A stretch of DNA of 64,000 nucleotides from an uncultured Gemmatimonadaceae bacterium (GTDB lineage: Bacteria; Gemmatimonadota; Gemmatimonadetes; Gemmatimonadales; Gemmatimonadaceae), in assembly GCA_963817955.1 (NCBI GenBank), contig CAWFQK010000002.1:128001-192000 (forward strand), written 5' to 3'. Of this stretch, positions 27,884 to 36,508 are shown piece by piece. A program made the position numbers and the translations under genes. The notes beneath the pieces were generated by a model. It did no database searches. It had not been told where the DNA came from and was given only the letters and a program-made list of their open reading frames with translations. Every line of letters begins with the position of its first letter. The first letter of the stretch is position 1.

Positions 27884-28501
27884 ATGGCACGCAGCGATCT
27901 CAAGGGCAAACGGGTTGCGATTCTCGCGACGGATGGCGTCGAACTGGCTACGCTCACCGAGCCACGCAAAGCGCTCGATGACGCCGGAGCCAAGACGATC
28001 TTGGTATCACCGAAAGATAAGAAGATAAAAGGCTGGGACAGCGATCACTGGGGCGACGAGTTACGGGTTGACCAACCGCTGAATACGGCGCGCGCCGACG
28101 ACTTCGACGCATTGCTCCTCCCGGGTGGGCTCATGAGCCCCGACCAACTCCGTCAGGACAAGCGGGCGGTCGATTTCGTCAAGAATATTTTCCAGGCCGG
28201 GAAGCCGGTCGCCTCGATCTGCCATGGCGCGTGGCTGCTCGTCGAATCCGGCTCAGTGAAGGGTCGCACGATGACGTCGTATCCGTCGTTGCACACCGAC
28301 ATCAAGAATGCCGGCGGCGATTGGGTCGACCGCGAAGTGGTCACGGACATGGGGCTCGTGACGAGCCGCACACCTGATGACGTTCAGGCCTTCAACAGCA
28401 AGATGATCGAGGAGTTCGCCGAGGGAGTGCACACCGGCCGGCAAGCAGAGGCAAGCACGACGAAACGGCGCGAATCGCTGGGATTCGAGTCCAGAGAGTA
28501 A
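27884..28501 (+). CDS. PfpI/DJ-1 family protein
   Basis: VAILATDGVE, DALLLPGG, ICHGAW, LVTSR.PDD. Confidence 0.92.
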   Translation: MARSDLKGKRVAILATDGVELATLTEPRKALDDAGAKTILVSPKDKKIKGWDSDHWGDELRVDQPLNTARADDFDALLLPGGLMSPDQLRQDKRAVDFVKNIFQAGKPVASICHGAWLLVESGSVKGRTMTSYPSLHTDIKNAGGDWVDREVVTDMGLVTSRTPDDVQAFNSKMIEEFAEGVHTGRQAEASTTKRRESLGFESRE

Positions 28502-28522
28502 TACCGAGGAACCCTTACGGCC

Positions 28523-28551
28523 GTGCGGCCCGCGCGTTGCGCGGGCCGCAC
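28523..28551. terminator. 13-bp GC hairpin between convergent genes
   Basis: GTGCGGCCCGCGC-GTT-GCGCGGGCCGCAC. Confidence 0.6.
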
Positions 28552-28580
28552 ACATTCCCTTCTCCTCGACAGCCGCCGTG

Positions 28581-31500
28581 CTACAGAGACGCGGGCTCCG
28601 GCTGGTGGCCGCCCGGCAGACGCGCATCCGGCGGCAGCGCGACGCCCGCCGTCTGCTGGTCCTTGGCTCGGCGACGAGAGAGCCACTGCTGCCACTCGTC
28701 GAGATACGTATAGAACACCGGCGTCACGTACAGGGTGACGAGCTGCGAGAAGGCGAGACCACCGACGACCGCCACACCAAGTGGCCGGCGCGTCGATGCG
28801 CCGGCGCCCCACCCGACCGCGATCGGCACGGCGCCCATCAACGCCGCCATCGTCGTCATCATGATCGGGCGGAAACGCACGCTCGCCGCTTCGAGGATCG
28901 CCTCGGTCGGCGAGCGGTTGCCATCGCGCTGTGCTTCGATCGCGAAGTCGATCATCATGATCGCGTTCTTCTCCACGATGCCGATCAGCATGATGATACC
29001 CACGAAGCCGTAGATATCGAGATCCAGCCCGCACAGGATGAGCGTCACGAGCGCGCCGAACGCCGCGAACGGCAAGCCAGTGAGAATGGTGATCGGATGA
29101 ATGAAACTCTCATAGAGCACGCCGAGGATCACGTAGATCACGAACACGGCGAGGAGCATGAGCAGCAGCAAGCCTTGCTGCGTCGTCACGAAGGCGTCCG
29201 CGATGCCTGAGAAGCTTGCGACCACCGTACTCGGCAACACCTCGGAGCTCACCTGCTGTACCTGCTTGAGCGCCGTACCGAGCGATACGCCCGGCGCGAG
29301 GTTGAAGGACACCGTCACCGAGGGAAGCTGGCCGGAGTGGTTCACCGTCACCGGACCCACCGTGTAGCGGAACTTGGCGACGGTACTCAACGGCACGAGC
29401 GGACCGCGTGTCGAGCGCACCCAGAGCTTGCCGAGCGCCGAGACGTCGGACTGAAACTCTGGCAGCAACTCCATCACGACCCAGTACTCGTTGGTCGACG
29501 TGTAGATGGTCGACACCTGGCGCTGGCCGAACGCGTCGTAGAGCGTGTTCTCGATCTCGCTCGCCGACACGCCGAGTTGGCCCGCCTGCTCGCGGTCGAT
29601 GTCCACGGTCACCTGCGGATTCTCGATCAACAGATCGCTCGTGACGTCCGTGAGCGACGGAAGCACCCGAAGACGGCGCTCCAACTCGCGCGCGGCCGCG
29701 TTGAGGCCGTTGATGTCGCCGCTCTGCAGCGTGTACTGATAGAGGCTCTTCGAGGCAAGACCACCGATCGAGATCGCCGGCGGGTTCTGAATGAATGTGG
29801 CGATGTTTGGAACGCCTTGGACCGCTTTGGTGAGATCGCGCGCAATATCGTCGGCGCTGCGTTTGCGCTCGGTAATCGGCTTGAGGTCGATCGTGAGCTG
29901 GCCTTGATTGGCGGCCGCCGACGTACCGACCGACGACGTCACGGAGCGCACATCAGCGTCCTTGCGAACGATCTCGGCTACTTCCTGCTGGTGCTCCACG
30001 AGCGCATCGAACGAGACACCTTCGGCGGCTTCCGTAATCGCGAGGAGCTGTCCCGTGTCGTCCGTGGGAAACAGGCCCTTTGGCGTGGACCAGAACAGGT
30101 ACCCCGTGGCGAGGAGAATCATCGCCGAGAAGGCGAGCGTGAGCGGCCGGCGCTTCATGACCCAGGCGAGCGAGCGCTCGTACACCCCGAGCCAGGCGTC
30201 GTAGAACCGCTCCGTGGCGTTGTAGAGGCGACCGTGGCTCATGCCGTGATCCGACTTCAGGAAGCGGCTCGAGAGCATTGGCGTGAGCGTCAGCGACACG
30301 AAGCCGGACACGAGAATCGCCACGCCAATCGTCACGGCGAACTCGTGGAACAGCTTGCCGATGATGCCGCCCATGAACAAGAACGGAATGAACACGGCGG
30401 CCAGCGACATCGTCATCGAGAGAATCGTAAAGCCAACCTCGGAGGCGCCGTCGATGGCCGCTTCCATTTTTGACTTTCCCATTTCCATGTGTCGCACGAT
30501 GTTCTCGAGCATCACAATGGCGTCGTCGACCACGAAGCCCACGGCGAGCGTGAGCGCCATGAGCGACAGGTTGTCGAGGCTGTAGTGCAGGAGATACATC
30601 ACCGAGAACGTGGCGATGATCGACATCGGAAGCGCCAGACTCGGAATGATCGTCGCCGAGAAATTGCGCAGGAACAGAAAGATCACGAGCACGACGAGGA
30701 CGAGTGTCAACTCGAGCGTGAACGTGACGTCGTCGACCGATGCCTGGATCGTCGTCGAACGATCGTACAGCGTCGTCACCTTGATGGCGGGCGGGATGTC
30801 GGCGGTCAGTTTTTCGAGCGCCGCTTTCACGCGATTCGCCACGTCCACCGTGTTCGTGCCCGGCTGGCGCTGAATGGCCAGGACGATGGAGCGGGAGCCG
30901 TTGTACCAGCTCGCCGTCTTGTTGTTCTGTACGTCGTCGGTGATCCGGCCGATCTCGTCGAGATGCACGGGCGCGCCGTTGCGGTACGCCACGATCAGGT
31001 CGCTGAATTGCGCCGCGTTGTCGAGCTGCCCGGTGGCCTGAATGGTCAGCGCCTTCCGCTCTCCATACAGCACGCCCGTCGGCATGTTGACGTTCTGCGA
31101 CGTCACGGACGAGACGATGTCCTCCAGGGCAATGCCGCGCGTAGCGAGCTGGCCCGGGTCGAGCTGCAGGCGCACGGCGTACTTCTGGGCGCCGAACACC
31201 TGCACTTGCGACACACCGCTGACCATCGAGAGGCGCTGGGCCAGCGTGGTTTCGCCAAATTCGTCGAGCTTCGACAACGGGACTTCCGCCGACGTGAGCG
31301 CCAGCGTCAAGATCGGCGCGTCGGCGGGATTCGTCTTCTGATACGACGGTGGAATGATGCCCTGCGGCAGGCTGCGGCTCGTCTGGGCAATCGATGCCTG
31401 CACGTCCTGGGACGCGGCGTCGATGTTCCGGTCGAGCGCAAACTGGATGACGATCTGCGTGAGCCCGAGGCTCGACGTCGACGTCATGTTGTCGATGCCG

Positions 31501-31724
31501 GCGATCGTCGAGAAGGACTTCTCGAGCGGCGTGGCGACCGTTGCCGCCATCGTCTGCGGGCTCGTGCCCGGCAGCGTGGCGCTCACCGTGATCGTCGGAA
31601 AATCGACGTTCGGAAGATCGCTCACCGGCAACTGCCGGTACGCCACGATTCCGAATACGAGAATGGCAATCATGACGAGCGTCGTCATGACAGGGCGTTT
31701 GATGAACAGCGTGGTGAACTGCAT
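28581..31724 (-). CDS. RND efflux permease, MdtB/MdtC-like
   Basis: 1047 aa; FIKRPV, GFVVDDAIVMLEN, KNAIMMIDFA, RFRPIMMT. Confidence 0.95.
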   Translation of the reverse strand: MQFTTLFIKRPVMTTLVMIAILVFGIVAYRQLPVSDLPNVDFPTITVSATLPGTSPQTMAATVATPLEKSFSTIAGIDNMTSTSSLGLTQIVIQFALDRNIDAASQDVQASIAQTSRSLPQGIIPPSYQKTNPADAPILTLALTSAEVPLSKLDEFGETTLAQRLSMVSGVSQVQVFGAQKYAVRLQLDPGQLATRGIALEDIVSSVTSQNVNMPTGVLYGERKALTIQATGQLDNAAQFSDLIVAYRNGAPVHLDEIGRITDDVQNNKTASWYNGSRSIVLAIQRQPGTNTVDVANRVKAALEKLTADIPPAIKVTTLYDRSTTIQASVDDVTFTLELTLVLVVLVIFLFLRNFSATIIPSLALPMSIIATFSVMYLLHYSLDNLSLMALTLAVGFVVDDAIVMLENIVRHMEMGKSKMEAAIDGASEVGFTILSMTMSLAAVFIPFLFMGGIIGKLFHEFAVTIGVAILVSGFVSLTLTPMLSSRFLKSDHGMSHGRLYNATERFYDAWLGVYERSLAWVMKRRPLTLAFSAMILLATGYLFWSTPKGLFPTDDTGQLLAITEAAEGVSFDALVEHQQEVAEIVRKDADVRSVTSSVGTSAAANQGQLTIDLKPITERKRSADDIARDLTKAVQGVPNIATFIQNPPAISIGGLASKSLYQYTLQSGDINGLNAAARELERRLRVLPSLTDVTSDLLIENPQVTVDIDREQAGQLGVSASEIENTLYDAFGQRQVSTIYTSTNEYWVVMELLPEFQSDVSALGKLWVRSTRGPLVPLSTVAKFRYTVGPVTVNHSGQLPSVTVSFNLAPGVSLGTALKQVQQVSSEVLPSTVVASFSGIADAFVTTQQGLLLLMLLAVFVIYVILGVLYESFIHPITILTGLPFAAFGALVTLILCGLDLDIYGFVGIIMLIGIVEKNAIMMIDFAIEAQRDGNRSPTEAILEAASVRFRPIMMTTMAALMGAVPIAVGWGAGASTRRPLGVAVVGGLAFSQLVTLYVTPVFYTYLDEWQQWLSRRRAKDQQTAGVALPPDARLPGGHQPEPASL

Positions 31725-31725
31725 T

Positions 31726-31790
31726 GTTACTGGTTGCTGGTTACTGGTGACTGTTTACTGGTGTCGCGTGTCCCGTTGTCCCGTGTCCCG
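31726..31790. repeat. two adjacent heptamer tracts (TTACTGG)n and (TGTCCCG)n
   Basis: Fills the whole 69-bp spacer between the two RND genes. Confidence 0.8.
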
Positions 31791-31793
31791 CTA

Positions 31794-34700
31794 TCAGTCG
31801 CCCGCCACCGGCTCGGGAACCTGACTCACGACTCGACCGTGCGCGCGCCGGCCGAGCCACGCCTGTAGATCGTCGAAATACGTGTAGAAGACCGGCGTCA
31901 CATAGAGCGTGACGACTTGACTGAACGCGAGCCCGCCCACAACGGCAATGCCGAGCGGGCGGCGCGACGCAGCACTGGCACCCACGCCGATGGCGATGGG
32001 CAACGTACCGGCAATGGCCGACAGGCTCGTCATCATGATGGGACGAAAGCGAACGCTGGCCGCCTCGACGATCGCCACGGCCGGCGGCACCTTTTCCTGG
32101 CGCTGCCGGTCGAGTGCAAAGTCGATCATCATGATCGCGTTCTTCTCCACGATGCCGATGAGCATGATGATGCCCACGTACCCATATACGCCAAGCTCGA
32201 CGTGTGTGAGGTACAACGCCAGCAGTGCGCCGAACGCCGCGAACGGCAACCCCGTCAGGATCGTGACTGGATGGATGAAGCTCTCGTACAGGATGCCGAG
32301 AATGATGTAGATGATGAATACGGTGATCATCAGCAGCACGCCCATGCCCTGCTGCGACGCCTGGAACGCCTGTGCGGTACCGGAGAACTGACCGTTGATC
32401 GATGCCGGCAGCGTCTGACGCGCGACGTTCTCTACCCGTTGCGTGGCCGCGCCCAACGAGACGTTCGCGGCCAAATTGAACGAGATCGTCACCGACGCAA
32501 GCTGGCCCGAGTGAGCGATGCTCAACGGGCCGATCGTCTGCTCGAAGGTGGCGACGTCGGACAATGGGATCTGCTTGCCACCAGATGCCGGCACGTAGAA
32601 ATGCTCGAGTGCCGCGGCATCTGCCTGCGCGCTCGGCACCGTCTCCATGACGACGAGATACTCGTTGGTGGGCGTGAAGATCGTCGAGACCTGCTGCTGG
32701 TTGAACGCGTCCGCCAGCGCCTGCTCGATGCCCGACGGCGACGTGCCCATCGACAGCGCGCGCTGGCGGTTGATGTGCACGCGGATGATCGGACTCGTGT
32801 TCAAGAGATCTGACGTCACGCCGCTGAGCATCGGCTCGTCCTGCAGCCGCGTGACCAGCTTGTTTGCTTGCTCGTAGAGCTGATCGATGTCCGGACCGCG
32901 CAACGTGTACTGGTACTGTGTCTTTGACCCGCGGCCGCCGATGCGAATGCTCGGCGGGTTCGTCACGAAGATCAGCAGGCCCGGAACACCCGACATGACT
33001 TTTGTGATCTCACGGACCATCTCATCCGCGGAAGGACGCGTGCCGGCCGGCTTGAGCGTGATGTTGAACTGCGCCTGGTTCGAACTGCCGCCGCCGCTCC
33101 CGACATTGTTGGTGAACGACGCAACATTCGTGTCGGTCTGCAGCTTACGCGCCGCAAGCCGCGCGAGCCGTAGCATCTCGTTGAACGAGGTGCCCTGCGG
33201 CGCTTCGGCCGTCGCACTCAACGAGCCGGTATCGTCGGGCGGAAACAGGCCCTTGGGAATCACCGTCCAGAGTGCGGCCGTCGCCACGAGGATGAAGGCC
33301 GAGAATGCCAGGGTAAGTGGACGATGGCCCATGACCCACCGCAGGCTGCGCTCGTACGCGCCGCGCGCACGCTGGAAGAGCGATTCCGTGAAGATGAAGA
33401 ACCGCCCGTGCGGCTGCTCCTGGCCACGGGTCTTGAGCAGCCGGCTGCACAGCATGGGCGTAAGAGTGAGCGCCACGATGCCGGACACGAGAATCGACAC
33501 ACTGATCGTGATCGCGAATTCGCGGAACAATCGGCCGATGATGCCGCCCATGAACATCAGCGGGAGAAATACCGCCGCCAGCGACAGCATCATCGAGACG
33601 ACGGTAAAGCCCACCTCCCGCGCGCCATCGAGCGCCGCGTCGAGCGGCGCCTTCCCCATCTCGATGTGCCGGATGATGTTCTCGAGCATCACGATGGCGT
33701 CGTCGACCACGAACCCCACGGCGAGCGTGAGGGCCATCAGCGACAGGTTGTCGATGCTGAAATCCAGCATGTACATCACCGAGAACGTGCCGATGATCGC
33801 CATGGGCAACGTCAAGCTCGGGATGATCGTCGCGACCGCGTTGCGCAGGAACAAGAAGATCACGATCACCACGAGCACGAGCGCTACGACCAGTGAGAAC
33901 TTCACATCGGCCACGGAGTTGTTGATCGACACCGAACGGTCGTACTGAATGCGCACCTTGAGCGTGGGCGGCAGACCCTTCTCGATCTCGACCAGCGCCT
34001 CCTTGACGCGACTGGCCACTTCCACGGTGTTCGTCCCCGGCTGCCGCATCACCATCAGGTTAATCGACCGCTCGCTGTCGTACCAACTGGCACTCTTGTT
34101 GTTCTGGATGTCGTCCATCACGTTCGCGACGTCGCCGAGTCGCACTGCCGAACCATTCTTGTAGGCAATGATCAGCTGGCGAAATTCGGAAGCGTTGCTC
34201 ATCTGGCCGGTTGCCTGGACGGTGAGCGTCCGGTCCTTGCCATAGAGCACGCCCGTGGGCAGCATCACGTTGTTGTTGCGAATCGCCGCGGCTACCTGAG
34301 ACACGCCGACGTTGCGGCTGGCGAGCTGCCCGGGATCGAGCTGCACGCGCACGGCATACTTGGCTGAGCCCCACACACCCACCTGTGCCACGCCCTCGAC
34401 GGTAGAGAGACGCTGCGCGATGGTCGTCTCCGCATACTCGTCGACCTCCGTCATCTTCAGGACGTTCGACGTGAGCGCGATATTGAGGATCGGCGAGGCC
34501 GCCGGGTTCTGCTTGTGGTACGAGGGTGGCAGGATCGTGGACGGCAGGAACGGCAGCGTCTTGCCGACCACCGCGTTGACGTCCTGCGCCGCTGCCTCTA
34601 CGTCGCGATCGAGCGAGAACTGCAGCGTGATGTTCGTGCTGCCCAACCGGCTGCTCGACGTGATCTCGTCGATACCGGCGATCGATGTGAAGGCCTTTTC

Positions 34701-34901
34701 GAGCGGCGTCGCCACGGTCGCCGCCATCGTCGTGGGGCTCGCGCCGGGAAGGCTGGCATCGACGCTGATCGTCGGATAGTCGACCGTGGGCAGGTCGCTC
34801 ACCGGCAGTTTTCGATACGACACGATGCCGAACACGAGGACGCCGATCATGACCAGTGTGGTCATGACCGGCCGGCGAATAAACAGCGCCGTGAGATTCA
34901 T
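31794..34901 (-). CDS. RND efflux permease, MdtB/MdtC-like (tandem paralog)
   Basis: 1035 aa; same motifs, collinear with the neighbouring gene. Confidence 0.95.
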   Translation of the reverse strand: MNLTALFIRRPVMTTLVMIGVLVFGIVSYRKLPVSDLPTVDYPTISVDASLPGASPTTMAATVATPLEKAFTSIAGIDEITSSSRLGSTNITLQFSLDRDVEAAAQDVNAVVGKTLPFLPSTILPPSYHKQNPAASPILNIALTSNVLKMTEVDEYAETTIAQRLSTVEGVAQVGVWGSAKYAVRVQLDPGQLASRNVGVSQVAAAIRNNNVMLPTGVLYGKDRTLTVQATGQMSNASEFRQLIIAYKNGSAVRLGDVANVMDDIQNNKSASWYDSERSINLMVMRQPGTNTVEVASRVKEALVEIEKGLPPTLKVRIQYDRSVSINNSVADVKFSLVVALVLVVIVIFLFLRNAVATIIPSLTLPMAIIGTFSVMYMLDFSIDNLSLMALTLAVGFVVDDAIVMLENIIRHIEMGKAPLDAALDGAREVGFTVVSMMLSLAAVFLPLMFMGGIIGRLFREFAITISVSILVSGIVALTLTPMLCSRLLKTRGQEQPHGRFFIFTESLFQRARGAYERSLRWVMGHRPLTLAFSAFILVATAALWTVIPKGLFPPDDTGSLSATAEAPQGTSFNEMLRLARLAARKLQTDTNVASFTNNVGSGGGSSNQAQFNITLKPAGTRPSADEMVREITKVMSGVPGLLIFVTNPPSIRIGGRGSKTQYQYTLRGPDIDQLYEQANKLVTRLQDEPMLSGVTSDLLNTSPIIRVHINRQRALSMGTSPSGIEQALADAFNQQQVSTIFTPTNEYLVVMETVPSAQADAAALEHFYVPASGGKQIPLSDVATFEQTIGPLSIAHSGQLASVTISFNLAANVSLGAATQRVENVARQTLPASINGQFSGTAQAFQASQQGMGVLLMITVFIIYIILGILYESFIHPVTILTGLPFAAFGALLALYLTHVELGVYGYVGIIMLIGIVEKNAIMMIDFALDRQRQEKVPPAVAIVEAASVRFRPIMMTSLSAIAGTLPIAIGVGASAASRRPLGIAVVGGLAFSQVVTLYVTPVFYTYFDDLQAWLGRRAHGRVVSQVPEPVAGD

Positions 34902-34916
34902 GAATGGATCCTGAGG

Positions 34917-36281
34917 TCAGCCGCCGCGGCGACCACCACGACGTCCCTTTTGACCGCCGCCTGCACTGCCGCCTGCACCGCCGCCGCCGCGACGACTCCC
35001 CGCCCCCGCTCCGTCGTTTGCACCTCGAATGCGCACCGGGGCGTCAGGCGTGAGACGTGATTGTCCGTCAAGCACCACGCGATCGCCCTCGCGGATCCCA
35101 CTCGAGATGACGGACAGGTTCCCTGCCGTGCGCTCGACCGTGACCGCGCGCTGGCGCGCCGTGTCAGCCTGGTCGACGATATAGACGTAGGCGCCGCGCT
35201 GACCGGCCACCACGGCCTGCGACGGAACGACCAGCGCGCTGTCCTCGTCGTACAGATGCAATGAGGTGGAGGCGAACTGCCCCGCCCACAAGCGGCCGTT
35301 CGTGTTGTCGAACGTCGCCTTGAGCTGCACGGTGCCGGTAGCAGTGTCCACGGCATTGTCGATGAATGACAACTTGCCGTACAGCCGATCGCCGATCGGA
35401 TCGCCCTGCTGCGTTACGCCACGGCCTCCTCTTGCGCCGGCGCCACCGCTGCCACCCATCCTCCCGCTCTGACCCGGGCGGTCTTGCACCGAATCCGACG
35501 CCACTGCGGCGAGTGAATCGATCGATGGCGTGGGCGGCGCGACGCCGCCAGGCACTGCCGCCACCGGCAGTCCGCCGCGCGAGCCGTACTGCAGCACCAG
35601 CGGCAGTTGCGAAGACGGAATGGAGAAGCGCACGAGAATGGGTCGTACCTGGTTGATGACGACCAGCGGCGCCGTGCCGCCGGAGCGCACGAGATTGCCG
35701 CGTTTGACGAGCAGGCTGCCGGTCTTCCCGGCGATCGGCGCACGGATGATGGCGTTATCGAGGTTGAATCGTGCCTGCGAGAGCGCGGCGCGGTCGGAGC
35801 GCAACGTGGCCTCGCTCGTGGCTGCTGCCGTGATCTGCACGTCGCCTTCCATTTGCGTGATCACCTTGGCCGCGAGCATCTGGCGGTAGCGGTCCGCGGT
35901 CGCCTTGGCATTCAACCAACTGGCGCTGTCCCGTGCGAGCGCGGCGGCCGCCTGCTCGTAAGCGTTCTGGTACGGGCGCGGATCGATGCGAAACAGCGGC
36001 TGGCCGGCTCGAACCTCCTGCCCCTCCTGGAAGTCCACCGACATGACGATACCGTCCACCTGTGGCGTGACGGTAACGCTCTGCATTGGCGCCACCACGC
36101 CGTTTGCCTCGATCACGTACGGCACGCTTGCGCGCCGAGCCTGGACGACGGCGACGGTCGCCGGCTGTTTGGGAGCGCGCTCCTGCTTCTTGCCGCAAGC
36201 GGTGACGAGGAACGGGACGCAAAGCGCAGCAGCGAAAGACAGCAACGATGCGCGACGAGAATCAAGTCGCAATCCGGTCAT
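34917..36281 (-). CDS. RND adaptor MdtA-like lipoprotein
   Basis: Lipobox VTAC; IDPRPY, FIDNAVDTATGT, LWAGQF; Gly/Arg-rich tail. Confidence 0.93.
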   Translation of the reverse strand: MTGLRLDSRRASLLSFAAALCVPFLVTACGKKQERAPKQPATVAVVQARRASVPYVIEANGVVAPMQSVTVTPQVDGIVMSVDFQEGQEVRAGQPLFRIDPRPYQNAYEQAAAALARDSASWLNAKATADRYRQMLAAKVITQMEGDVQITAAATSEATLRSDRAALSQARFNLDNAIIRAPIAGKTGSLLVKRGNLVRSGGTAPLVVINQVRPILVRFSIPSSQLPLVLQYGSRGGLPVAAVPGGVAPPTPSIDSLAAVASDSVQDRPGQSGRMGGSGGAGARGGRGVTQQGDPIGDRLYGKLSFIDNAVDTATGTVQLKATFDNTNGRLWAGQFASTSLHLYDEDSALVVPSQAVVAGQRGAYVYIVDQADTARQRAVTVERTAGNLSVISSGIREGDRVVLDGQSRLTPDAPVRIRGANDGAGAGSRRGGGGAGGSAGGGQKGRRGGRRGG

Positions 36282-36508
36282 CGGAAACGAATTCGCGTTG
36301 GAGGACGGAGCGCGCGAAGGTTGGCGCGCCCCAGCGGCAGGCTCGGCAATACCCGAGGGCGGGTAGTCCGGGGCGGACGCTCGAATGTAGTACGGATCAG
36401 CGGGCCAATGTGTTCAATTCGTCAAATAAGGCCTGGGAACGCCAAACGGAGCCTGGGACCGACGGAAGACGTCGATCCCAGGCTCCGTTCATGCTTCTCG
36501 TGGCCGCC

